A DNA stretch of 57,125 nt from Candidatus Nezhaarchaeales archaeon (GTDB lineage Archaea; Thermoproteota; Methanomethylicia; Nezhaarchaeales; WYZ-LMO8), in the NCBI GenBank assembly GCA_036786905.1, contig DAIQQE010000001.1, positions 11,110 through 68,234 of the forward strand. The letters are read 5' to 3'. The first letter of the stretch is position 1; each line of letters begins with the position of its first letter. The translations under genes were made by a program, and so were the position numbers. Below, piece after piece: positions 43,001-51,349 of this stretch. The notes under the pieces are model-generated. The model did not search any database. It was not told the DNA's origin and saw nothing but the letters and a program-made list of their open reading frames with translations.

Positions 43001-44001
43001 GGGAAGCTGTTATTAAGGCTGAGAACCTGACGAAGGTCTTCAACCGAAGCGTCGTGGCCGTCGATCACGTAAGCTTCAGCGTCTGGGAGGGCGAGATCTT
43101 CGGCTTCCTAGGACCCAACGGCGCTGGCAAGACGACCACGATAAACATGTTGACGACCGTGCTGAGGCCGACCGAGGGGAACGCGTGGGTCATGGGCTTC
43201 GACGTAGTCAAGCAAGCCAAGGAGGTCAGGAAGGTCATAGGGGTCGTGCCGCAGGAGTACACAGCCGACGAGGACTTGACGGGCTACGAGAACGTGATGC
43301 TCTGCGCCGACCTCTACGGAGTCCCCCGCGACGTGGCGAGGAAGAGGGCTCTGGAGCTCTTAGAGCTCGTCGACCTAATAGACTTCAAGGACAGGAGGGT
43401 CGAGACCTACTCTGGCGGAATGAGGAGGAGGCTCGAGCTGGCTTGCGGCTTGATAAACAGGCCCAAGGTCCTCTTCCTCGACGAGCCGACCCTGGGCCTG
43501 GACGTGCACACTCGAGCGGCCATCTGGAGCTACATAAGGCGCCTGAAGGAGGAGTACGACATGACCATATTCATGACCACCCACTACTTGGAGGAGGCCG
43601 ACGCCCTCTGCGACCGCATCGCGATAATAGACCGCGGCAAGATAGTCGCGACGGGCTCTCCTGACGAGCTCAAGAGCAGCTTGGGAGGGGACATAATAAC
43701 GGTCACGATAAAGGAGGAAGCCGACGTGACGGAGGTAATAAAGGGTTGCGAGAACGTCAAGGAAGTGAGGTACGAGAACGGGTCGTACAGGATCAAGGCC
43801 AAGGACGGCGAGGTCACGGCCCCCCTCATAGTAGAGGCCCTGCGCGAGAGGGGCTACACAGTCGTCAAGCTCTCGCTCACGAAGCCCACGCTGAACGAGG
43901 TCTTCTTGGAGTACACAGGCAGGGCCCTTAGGGACGCGGAGGAGTCGAAGGAGTCCTTCATAGCCCACAGGATAACCTTGATGAGGGCTAGGAAGAGGTG
44001 A
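42988..44001 (+). CDS. ABC transporter ATP-binding protein (ABC-2/DrrA-like)
   Basis: Walker A is GPNGAGKTT, the signature motif is YSGGMRRRL, and Walker B is LFLDEPT. GTG start overlapping the PadR 3' end by 13 bp. Confidence 0.9.
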   Translation: MEVVREAVIKAENLTKVFNRSVVAVDHVSFSVWEGEIFGFLGPNGAGKTTTINMLTTVLRPTEGNAWVMGFDVVKQAKEVRKVIGVVPQEYTADEDLTGYENVMLCADLYGVPRDVARKRALELLELVDLIDFKDRRVETYSGGMRRRLELACGLINRPKVLFLDEPTLGLDVHTRAAIWSYIRRLKEEYDMTIFMTTHYLEEADALCDRIAIIDRGKIVATGSPDELKSSLGGDIITVTIKEEADVTEVIKGCENVKEVRYENGSYRIKAKDGEVTAPLIVEALRERGYTVVKLSLTKPTLNEVFLEYTGRALRDAEESKESFIAHRITLMRARKR

Positions 44002-44009
44002 GCTGAGAG

Positions 44010-44960
44010 TTGAGCTCCGCGAAGCTCGTCGGCGAGTCCAACCCAAGCCTAGCGCGAGGCCTACGAGCGCTTCTCTTCCGCGAGTTGAAGAAGTGGCTCA
44101 AGGACCCCGTCACGTTGGTCATGTTGGTGCTCCAGCCCCTCATCTGGATGGGGCTCTTGGGGAAGGCGCTGAACATAGGCGCGCTCTTCTCGGCCCACAA
44201 CGTAAATATGCCGCAACAAATACCCATCCCGGGCGACGCAGTCCTCGTTCCACAGGGGCTTCAAGTCGTCGTGCTCAATGGCACCAAGCTCTCACAACTC
44301 TTTGCTGGCTTGGGCTCGGAAATAATGCAGAGCGCCTTCGGCACGACGGACTACTTCAGCTTCATGTCGGTCGGCATGGTCTCAATGATAGTCGTGACCA
44401 CGACGATGTTCAGCGGGTTGTCCATAGTCTGGGACAGGCGCTTGGGCTTCTTGGACAAGGTCCTGTCGACCCCCGTCCCCCGAGCGGCGATAATATTCGC
44501 CAAGATCTTGAACGCGACCCTGAGGGCCATGTTCCAAGCGACGGTGATCCTAGCCCTGGCCTACTTGCTGGGGCTTCGGCTGAGCTCAACGTTCACGCCC
44601 TTAAACATCCTTGGGGTCTGCGCGGCGATATTCCTAATGAGCGTGGGGCTCTCGTCCATCTTCATAGCCTTCTCCATGAGGTCCACCAGGATGGAGAGGC
44701 CCATGCAGTTCGTTGCCCTGATAACGATGCCCCTCATGTTCGCGAGCAACACGTTCTTTCCGATAGACCTGATGCCCGGCTGGCTCCAAGCCGTGGCCAG
44801 GGCAAACCCGCTCACGTACTTAACCGATGCCGTCAGGCAACTGACCATACTGCCAACCGATTTCGCGGCCCTAACGTGGGACTTCGCCTACCTAACCGCG
44901 TTCAGCGCTATCTCCGCCACCATCGGCGTTCTGCTGTCGTGGCGTTACTTGAGCTCGTGA
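44010..44960 (+). CDS. ABC-2 type transporter permease
   Basis: 316 aa with about 6 hydrophobic helices. It lies immediately downstream of the ATPase. TTG start. Confidence 0.8.
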   Translation: MSSAKLVGESNPSLARGLRALLFRELKKWLKDPVTLVMLVLQPLIWMGLLGKALNIGALFSAHNVNMPQQIPIPGDAVLVPQGLQVVVLNGTKLSQLFAGLGSEIMQSAFGTTDYFSFMSVGMVSMIVVTTTMFSGLSIVWDRRLGFLDKVLSTPVPRAAIIFAKILNATLRAMFQATVILALAYLLGLRLSSTFTPLNILGVCAAIFLMSVGLSSIFIAFSMRSTRMERPMQFVALITMPLMFASNTFFPIDLMPGWLQAVARANPLTYLTDAVRQLTILPTDFAALTWDFAYLTAFSAISATIGVLLSWRYLSS

Positions 44961-45068
44961 AGGGCGGCCAACCATAAGACGTGGCCCTTGCAAACGCTGG
45001 GTATGGCGACCTACGTCGGAGGAAGTGGCGTCGAAAAGCTTAAAACACCGTGTTATCTGTTTGATAAG

Positions 45069-45081
45069 ATGGTATTACCAT
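45069..45081. promoter_or_regulatory. 13-bp palindrome ATGGTATTACCAT overlapping the cbiM start codon (candidate operator)
   Basis: Read directly from the sequence. It is preceded by the inverted repeat ttatc-tgttt-gataa and a TATA-like aaagcttaaaac at about 45036..45049. Confidence 0.3.
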
Positions 45082-45742
45082 GCACATACCCGACGGCTTT
45101 CTCGACGCTTGGACGGCATCGATAACCTACGCTATTGCCGTGGGCTGTGGGCTCCTCCTCTGGAAGAAGTCTAAGAGGGCCCTAAGGGTCGAAGAAATAT
45201 CGCTTCTGACGGTGCTCTCAGCCGCCATATTTGTGGCCCAAATGCTGAACTGGCCCTTGCCCGGAGGGACGAGCCTTCACTTCGTCGGCGGGGCTCTCGC
45301 AGGAATGCTCTTGGGCCCATTCCTGGGCTTCGCATCTATGACCCTAGTGCTGGTGGTGCAGTGTCTGCTCTTCCACGACGGCGGCATCACGGCGTTAGGG
45401 GCAAACGTCTTGAACATGGCCGTAATAAACGTGCTAGTGGGCTACGCGCTATTCAAGCTGATCGTCATGATCGCAGGTAATAAACGTAGTTCGAGGATGG
45501 CAGGGGCCTTCCTAGGGGCGTGGCTCGGCATCGTGCTCGCCGGCCTCGCGTGCGGCCTCGAGATAGGCCTGTCACCCTCGTTCGGCTTCTACATAGACGT
45601 GACGGTCCCCATAATGGCTGGTTGGCACGCGCTCTTAGGCATAGTAGAGGGCGTCATAACGGCCCTCGTGGTGGAGTACCTGTATGTGAGGCTACCGCTA
45701 GCGATCCCCTCACTGATCCCTCAAGAGGTGGTTGAGAGGTGA
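45080..45742 (+). CDS. cbiM: ECF-type cobalt/nickel transporter substrate-capture component CbiM/NikM
   Basis: The N-terminus MHIPDGFL is the conserved metal-binding N-terminus of CbiM/NikM. 220 aa with multiple TM helices. Confidence 0.85.
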   Translation: MHIPDGFLDAWTASITYAIAVGCGLLLWKKSKRALRVEEISLLTVLSAAIFVAQMLNWPLPGGTSLHFVGGALAGMLLGPFLGFASMTLVLVVQCLLFHDGGITALGANVLNMAVINVLVGYALFKLIVMIAGNKRSSRMAGAFLGAWLGIVLAGLACGLEIGLSPSFGFYIDVTVPIMAGWHALLGIVEGVITALVVEYLYVRLPLAIPSLIPQEVVER

Positions 45743-46074
45743 CCCCCACGAACTTCGTAAAGAGCAAGAAGATCTGGACTGCCATAGCGTTGATGTTGAT
45801 CGTGAGCCCACTGTTCGGAGTCATATTAGCTGACGTGGTCGGCTATCACGAGCCCTTGGACGTGGCCGCAGAGGCCGCGGGGCTACGCGACGTAAGCGAG
45901 GAGATCACTTGGACGCCGTTCTTCGACTACGGCATCCCAGGACTCCCATCCGAGGTGGGCTACGCAATGGCAGGGGCACTGGGCGTGGCAGTCATAGTCG
46001 TAGTGGGTTACGTAGCGATGAAGGTGGTCGAGAGGCGAAGAGGGGGTCACGGGGCTTGCCTAAAGGCCTACTGA
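45739..46074 (+). CDS. PDGLE-domain membrane protein (CbiN/NikN-equivalent)
   Basis: Two TM segments flank GYHEPLDVAAE, a variant of the PDGLE motif. GTG start overlapping the cbiM stop by 4 bp. Confidence 0.6.
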   Translation: MTPTNFVKSKKIWTAIALMLIVSPLFGVILADVVGYHEPLDVAAEAAGLRDVSEEITWTPFFDYGIPGLPSEVGYAMAGALGVAVIVVVGYVAMKVVERRRGGHGACLKAY

Positions 46075-46091
46075 TATCGTTTCTCAATGGC

Positions 46092-46835
46092 ATGGCCGAG
46101 GTCATCGAGGCCTTCTCCGTCGAGAGAGGTGACCGCGAGGGCCTGCCCGATCCGAGGGCTCTCTTAGTGTCCCTCATAGCCTTGGCGATCGCCGTCTCCT
46201 TCTCGAGGAGCATTTACCCCCCAATCATAGTCCTAGCGATGTCCATCCCCCTCTCAAGGGCCCTCGGCGTGAAGCTTAGGAGCATGGCTAGGGTCGCAAC
46301 GGCGATCTCGGCCTTCGTCTTGGCCGTAACACTCCCCATGGCTCTCTATCGAGCGTACTTGGACGATTCATCGTTATCTAACTTAGTAGCGCTTGCACAG
46401 GTTCTCGCTCCGCTTCTCGTGAGGTGCGTCGCGGCCACGTTGATGCTCGTGCTCATGGCGCAGAGCCTAGGGCTTACAGGGCTCATCACCGGGCTTAGGG
46501 GGTTGAGGGTCCCTCCGAAGGCTCTGTTCGTGTTAATGCTCTTCCTGAGGTACGTCCCGATAATGCTGAGAGATGCGGCGAGGCTCTTATCCGCTCGCGA
46601 GGCGCGCATGGCCTCGGGCACGAATAGGATCAAGAGCTCTTGGCTCGTGCTCTCGACGGTCGCTGGTAGCTTGTTTATTAGAGGCTTCGACAGGGCCTAC
46701 AGGCTCCAAATGGCCTTTAAGGCCAGGGGCTTGGACTTCGTCTTCATCCCCAAACCCGGGGTCGGGCCGGGCCCGCTGGATCTGACCGTGGTGGCGCTCT
46801 CGCTGGCGCTGGCGTGTTTGCTGGTGTTGATGTGA
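46092..46835 (+). CDS. cbiQ: ECF transporter transmembrane (T) component CbiQ
   Basis: Hydrophobic protein of about 247 aa, located between the cbiM/N-like genes and cbiO. The track ORF starts at 45909 inside the previous gene in an R/G-rich frame, so ATG 46092 is preferred. Confidence 0.7.
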   Translation: MAEVIEAFSVERGDREGLPDPRALLVSLIALAIAVSFSRSIYPPIIVLAMSIPLSRALGVKLRSMARVATAISAFVLAVTLPMALYRAYLDDSSLSNLVALAQVLAPLLVRCVAATLMLVLMAQSLGLTGLITGLRGLRVPPKALFVLMLFLRYVPIMLRDAARLLSAREARMASGTNRIKSSWLVLSTVAGSLFIRGFDRAYRLQMAFKARGLDFVFIPKPGVGPGPLDLTVVALSLALACLLVLM

Positions 46836-46836
46836 G

Positions 46837-47691
46837 ATGAGGAGGTTCGAGGGCGAGTACTTGATAGAGGTCGAGGGCGTCTCCTTCACCTACCCAGACG
46901 GCACGCGCGCCCTCAGGGGCGTAAGCGCTAAGGTGAGGCACAGGAGCGTGGTCGCGATAACCGGCGCCAACGGGTCTGGAAAGAGCACTTTGCTGATGTT
47001 GATGGCCGGGCTCCTCGAGCCTCAAGAAGGCGTCGTGAGGTTCAGGGGCGTCGAAGTCAAGAGGCTCGGCTACGAGCTGAGGCGAGAGGTGGGCGTGGTC
47101 TTCCAAGACCCGGATGACCAGCTCTTCGCGCCAACGGTCTTCGACGACATAGCATTCGGCTTAAGGATTCTGAGGCTCCCTGACCAAGAGGTGAGGCTCA
47201 GGGTCAATGAAGTGGCCCGTGAGTTGGGAGTAGAGCACCTCTTGGACAAGCCGCCCTTCAGGCTCAGCGGCGGCGAGAAGCGGAAGGTCGCCTTGGCGAC
47301 GGCCCTCGTCCTAAGGCCTTCAGTGCTCCTGCTCGACGAGCCCTTCTCCGAGCTCTCGCCACAAGCGTCTCGACGCCTGATGGACATGATATCGGAGTAC
47401 AAAAAGGGCGGCGGCACCGTGGTGTTCACGAGCCACGACGTCGACGTGGTCGCCGAGCTCTCGGACTACGTGTACGTGCTCCATGAAGGGCGAGTAGTGG
47501 CTCACGGAAGGCCAGAAGAGGTCCTGTGCGACGACGAGCTACTGGCCAGGGCAGAGCTCAGGCCGCCCACGGCGACGATGTTGTACAGAGAGCTCATCGG
47601 CAGGGGCAGGCGATGTCCGATAAGGGTGTCGGAGCTCTTGGCGGAGCTCAAGAGGGTATTCAGGGCTCTAGAGGCACGTGCTACGACCTAG
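46837..47691 (+). CDS. cbiO: ECF transporter ATPase CbiO
   Basis: Walker A is GANGSGKST, the signature motif is LSGGEKRKV, and Walker B is LLLDEP. 284 aa. Confidence 0.9.
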   Translation: MRRFEGEYLIEVEGVSFTYPDGTRALRGVSAKVRHRSVVAITGANGSGKSTLLMLMAGLLEPQEGVVRFRGVEVKRLGYELRREVGVVFQDPDDQLFAPTVFDDIAFGLRILRLPDQEVRLRVNEVARELGVEHLLDKPPFRLSGGEKRKVALATALVLRPSVLLLDEPFSELSPQASRRLMDMISEYKKGGGTVVFTSHDVDVVAELSDYVYVLHEGRVVAHGRPEEVLCDDELLARAELRPPTATMLYRELIGRGRRCPIRVSELLAELKRVFRALEARATT

Positions 47692-47858
47692 CCGTCGAAA
47701 CTTAGTTGAGGCCTGTTGCTGAGCGCTGTCAAAGGGGCCCTCGACCGGGCTCTAAGGATGCCGGAGGGCTTCTCGGCGTTCCGCTGATGGCTTCCACCTC
47801 AAGATGGTCGTACTTGATGCTTATGGATCCATTGAGATGGAGAGGGGCTTAAGAACCG

Positions 47859-48269
47859 TCAAGGCCTCAGCTCTCTAAGCAATGTTTCTACCGTGATTGC
47901 CTCGGGGAACCTCATGAGTTCAGAGTCCTCGGTGACCAGCTTCAGCCCCTCCCTCCTAGCCACGTAGACGTAAGAGGCGTCGTAAAAGGTCACGCCGCTC
48001 TCCGCAGCCACGTCGAGGACCTCAGAGATCCTCGACCCGATGCTAAACCTCTTCAAGTCCCTCATCATCTCTTCGAACATTTCCGCTATGGGTGCTAAGC
48101 GCTTGATCGCCCCCCTTCTATGCGCTTTCCACAGGGCGTTCCCCACCTCGTAGACCGTCAGGTCCAGCACGGCGAGGCGGTCTCTGTACGACAACAGGCC
48201 CTCTCTCAGTCTCAGGACCAGCGGGTACAGGGCCGACGCGTCGAGCAGGTATTTGATGCGCGAGGTCAA
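47859..48269 (-). CDS. vapC: PIN-domain toxin VapC
   Basis: The conserved acidic residues are in context: YLLDASALYPL, ...E..., TFYDASYVYVA, VTEDSEL. 136 aa. Confidence 0.85.
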   Translation of the reverse strand: MTSRIKYLLDASALYPLVLRLREGLLSYRDRLAVLDLTVYEVGNALWKAHRRGAIKRLAPIAEMFEEMMRDLKRFSIGSRISEVLDVAAESGVTFYDASYVYVARREGLKLVTEDSELMRFPEAITVETLLRELRP

Positions 48270-48275
48270 GCGAGG

Positions 48276-48509
48276 TCACCCCTCGAGCCTCGACTCCTTA
48301 ACGACCTTCACCCACTCCTCCTCTTTCAGGTCCATCGACCTCAGGGCCTCATCTATCAAGTTCTTCGCCCTCTCCATCCTCGCCCTCTCGATCTCCGCCT
48401 CCAGCGCCCTCTCAATAACTTCCTTCAGATTTATCCCGAGCCTCTCGGCTTCCTCCTTTAGCTCCTTCCGCACCCTTATTGAGAGAACAGCCGTAGACAA
48501 GGACCTCAC
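48276..48509 (-). CDS. vapB: VapB-type antitoxin (RHH/CopG-like)
   Basis: VLSIRVRKELKEEAERLGINLKEVIERALEAEI is the typical antitoxin N-terminus. It ends 6 nt upstream of vapC. The track ORF starts at 48572, but GTG 48509 lies 28 nt downstream of a TATA box. Confidence 0.65.
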   Translation of the reverse strand: MRSLSTAVLSIRVRKELKEEAERLGINLKEVIERALEAEIERARMERAKNLIDEALRSMDLKEEEWVKVVKESRLEG

Positions 48510-48533
48510 CGTCTTGCAATTACGATAGCTACG

Positions 48534-48540
48534 TATATAA
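48534..48540 (-). promoter_or_regulatory. TATA box (TTATATA on the minus strand) of the vapBC operon
   Basis: The plus strand reads tatataa. The centre lies about 28 nt upstream of GTG 48509. Confidence 0.45.
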
Positions 48541-48618
48541 GCTCTTCGTAGACAAAAATGCATAAGAAGCACAAGCGTAGACGATTAAGTCTAAATCGCT
48601 TAACTGAGCGACTTCGCG

Positions 48619-49587
48619 GTGGTCCTCGCAACTCCCGATTGCCAAGGGCCGGGGAAGTCGTGCGAAGCTTTTATAATTAACTTGACCGGCTCGCTCTTCG
48701 TGCAAAGCGAAGCGTCTAGATCGGGCGCAACTCGAGGAGCTCGACGAATTTACGTCGGGGACTGGAAGGCCTTTGCGCTACTCGTAGCCCTCGCCTGCGT
48801 GGGGCTATTGGCGCTGATCGCCCCGCCCCACCCATTACCCGCGCTGGCCTGGATAGCAGGCTCCCTAGCCCTAGGGCCCGGGCTCTCGCTGTCCCTTTAC
48901 GTGGTTCTGAGGGAGTACCAAAGGGCCTCCTTCAGGGTTGAGAGAGGGTACTTGGTCGCCTCGATGGGCGGGCTGGGCGAGGCGGCGATACCCCTCTCGT
49001 CCGTGAGGGCTGTGAGGCGCATCGACAAGGCGAAGGTGCTCCTCAGGGTGGCTGGAGTGCAGTTGCCGGGCCTCTATCTGGGGCTCTTCGCCGTCGAGGG
49101 CCTGGGGAGGGTCAAGGTCATGGCCACGAGGCTGAGCGACTTGGTGCTCGTGGAGCTCCGCGACAGCTCTAAGTACTTGCTGTCCCCAGAGGACCCGGAA
49201 GGGCTTGCACAGGCTGCCACGACGTCGATGGGCTCTGGGCCTCCAGGCCGCGTGAGGGCGGAGGGCGTGGACGCGAAGGCACTGGCGCTCGCGGCGGCGC
49301 TCTTAATCGCCTTCTCCTCGGCGCTCTTTTACGTCTACGGCCTATTGCCAGAGGTCGTGCCCGTGCACTACGGGCTCAACTGGGTTCCAGACAGGTGGGA
49401 GGCCAAGAGCGAGCTGGTAGCGCTGCAACTCGTCTTCTTGGCCTTGGGTTGTGCGCTCTTAGCGATCTTCGCGGCCCTGCACTCGAAAATGAGAGAGTTC
49501 CTTGGCATGTCGCTCCCAATAGTCCCGGTGATGGCGGGCCTCGGTTGCATGGCGCTCGCCATCGAGCTCATGGTCCTCTACATCTAG
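48619..49587 (+). CDS. Membrane protein with a bacterial-PH-like (YdbT/DUF304-type) domain and a DUF1648-like C-terminal domain
   Basis: Two N-terminal TM helices are followed by FRVERGYLVASMGG...IPLSSVRAV (bPH-like). After that comes a TM segment plus VPVHYGLNWVPDRW, which is the DUF1648 pattern. The start codon is uncertain (GTG 48619). Confidence 0.45.
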   Translation: MVLATPDCQGPGKSCEAFIINLTGSLFVQSEASRSGATRGARRIYVGDWKAFALLVALACVGLLALIAPPHPLPALAWIAGSLALGPGLSLSLYVVLREYQRASFRVERGYLVASMGGLGEAAIPLSSVRAVRRIDKAKVLLRVAGVQLPGLYLGLFAVEGLGRVKVMATRLSDLVLVELRDSSKYLLSPEDPEGLAQAATTSMGSGPPGRVRAEGVDAKALALAAALLIAFSSALFYVYGLLPEVVPVHYGLNWVPDRWEAKSELVALQLVFLALGCALLAIFAALHSKMREFLGMSLPIVPVMAGLGCMALAIELMVLYI

Positions 49588-49854
49588 GCCTAGCCATAAG
49601 CCCTGGCGACCGCCGTCTTGTTCTGACGGAGGACTTGGCCTGCTCGAGCCGTTTAGCTCAAGTCTCCATCGTCGCCGGCGTGTCGACGACGCAACAACGC
49701 TGCTCTTGGGCTTTTAAAGGCCAACGCGTCGACGGCACCCCGCTCAAGAGCTCGATGGCGCATCGCTTCTGGGAAGGGCTTCTGCGTGAGGCCCGCGCCA
49801 AGAGAAAACTATTAAGGTTTAAGCGCATCACTAAAACTCACTGGCGAAAAAGCG

Positions 49855-51255
49855 TTGGCCGCCAAGGTCCTTTTAGCGGTCCCTCCTGGTTGCGACAAGC
49901 TCGAGGTCTATCAAGTCGTGGGCCTGAGGGCCCCTCCCCTAGGGCTGGCCTGGATCGCGAGCGTGCTCGAGGACCGCGGCCACGAGGTCAAGATAGTCGA
50001 CTCCCCGACCTTGGGCCTCTCAATGGAGGACTTCATAAAGTTAGTGGGGTCTTGGGGCCCCGACGTCGTGGGCCTAAGCTCCCTGACCCCCACCATCAGG
50101 TTGGCCTACAAGGCCGCGAAGGCGATCAAGGCCGTGGACAGGGGCATAAAGGTCGTGATAGGCGGGGTTCACGCGACGTTCATGTGGCGCGAGGTCTTGG
50201 AGGAGTGCCCCCACGTTGACTACGTCGTCTTGGGCGAGGGTGAGGAGACGTTTCCACGGCTCGTCGAGGCGCTGGAGAGGGGGGACGACCCTAAGAGCGT
50301 ATCGGGGATAGCGCTGAGGGGCGAGGGCGGAGAGGCCGGGCAGACCGGGCCTTGGAGGCCCGTGGACTTAGAGAGGCTACCCCCGCCAGCTAGGCACCTC
50401 CTGCCGATGGACAGGTACACGGTGTTCGACAGGCCCGTGAGGGTCGTCCACATTATGGCGAGCAGGGGCTGTCCCTATGGATGTATATTCTGCGCCACGA
50501 GCTACTACTTCGGCAGGAGGGTGAGGTTTAGGAGGGTCGAGCAGGTCCTCGACGAAGTGGCCGAGTGCATGGATAGGTACAAGACCAAGACCTTCGTCTT
50601 CACGGACGACGAGCTCACCATCAACAAGAAGTGGCTCGAGTCCTTCCTCAAGGGCTTGAGGGAGAGGGGCTTGGACCTGCGATGGACCTGCGGCGCCAGG
50701 GTCGACAACGTGGACGAGGTGCTCTTGGCCAAGATGTTCTCGAGCGGCTGCACGACCGTATACTTCGGGGTCGAGTCGGGCTCTCAAGAGACCGTCAACA
50801 AGATAGGCAAGAGGATCAGCTTGAGGCAGGCCGAGAGGGTCTTCGAAGCCGTCAAGAGGTTGAGGGGCTCCGCCGTCGCCACCTTCATCCTCGGCTTCCC
50901 TTGGGAGACCGTGGACGACATGAAGAAGACGATAAGGTTCGCATTGAAGCTCGACCCCGACTATGCCCAGTTCACGTACGCCACCCCATATCCCGGCACC
51001 CCGCTCTACGAGATGGCGAAGAAGTACGACCTCATAGTCGATCGAGACTGGAGCCACTACACGACGGTGAGGCCAGTCATGAGGGGCTTCCACTTCACGA
51101 TCAAGGACGTCGAGGCCGTGTTCGCAGAGGCCTACGCCAGATTCTACATGAGGCTTAAGTTCCTCGTGAAGCAGATAAAGTTAGGAGTTTTCAAGGACTT
51201 CCTCAAGACGATACTAAACAACATCATATTGCCTAGGCTTAGGAGCTGGCTTTGA
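49855..51255 (+). CDS. Cobalamin-binding-domain (class B) radical SAM protein
   Basis: The N-terminal B12-binding-like Rossmann region is VLLAVPP...LGLAWIASVLEDRGHEVKIVD...VVGLSSLT. The radical SAM motif is GCPYGCIFCAT. 466 aa with a TTG start. Confidence 0.8.
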   Translation: MAAKVLLAVPPGCDKLEVYQVVGLRAPPLGLAWIASVLEDRGHEVKIVDSPTLGLSMEDFIKLVGSWGPDVVGLSSLTPTIRLAYKAAKAIKAVDRGIKVVIGGVHATFMWREVLEECPHVDYVVLGEGEETFPRLVEALERGDDPKSVSGIALRGEGGEAGQTGPWRPVDLERLPPPARHLLPMDRYTVFDRPVRVVHIMASRGCPYGCIFCATSYYFGRRVRFRRVEQVLDEVAECMDRYKTKTFVFTDDELTINKKWLESFLKGLRERGLDLRWTCGARVDNVDEVLLAKMFSSGCTTVYFGVESGSQETVNKIGKRISLRQAERVFEAVKRLRGSAVATFILGFPWETVDDMKKTIRFALKLDPDYAQFTYATPYPGTPLYEMAKKYDLIVDRDWSHYTTVRPVMRGFHFTIKDVEAVFAEAYARFYMRLKFLVKQIKLGVFKDFLKTILNNIILPRLRSWL

Positions 51256-51349
51256 GAGCTAGCGATCCTTTGTGAGTACCATGAGTTTAAGTGGTAGCTA
51301 ACGCCTCTCATTGTTAGCAATCGAAGCCGAGTCCTGGATAGGCCTTAAG

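Noticed and set aside
44093-44977. 294-aa same-strand alternative-frame ORF spanning almost the entire ABC-2 permease gene.
   Set aside because: Its R/G/P/H-rich composition is typical of an off-frame reading of high-GC DNA. The annotated frame gives a coherent six-helix permease that is translationally linked to the ATPase.
45909-46091. N-terminal extension of the CbiQ ORF into the PDGLE-domain gene, and likewise 7315..7386, 35916..36020 and 48510..48572 for their respective genes.
   Set aside because: The extensions are R/G-rich or lack family similarity, and they overlap neighbouring genes or promoters. Internal ATG/GTG codons sit at the expected distance from TATA-like boxes.
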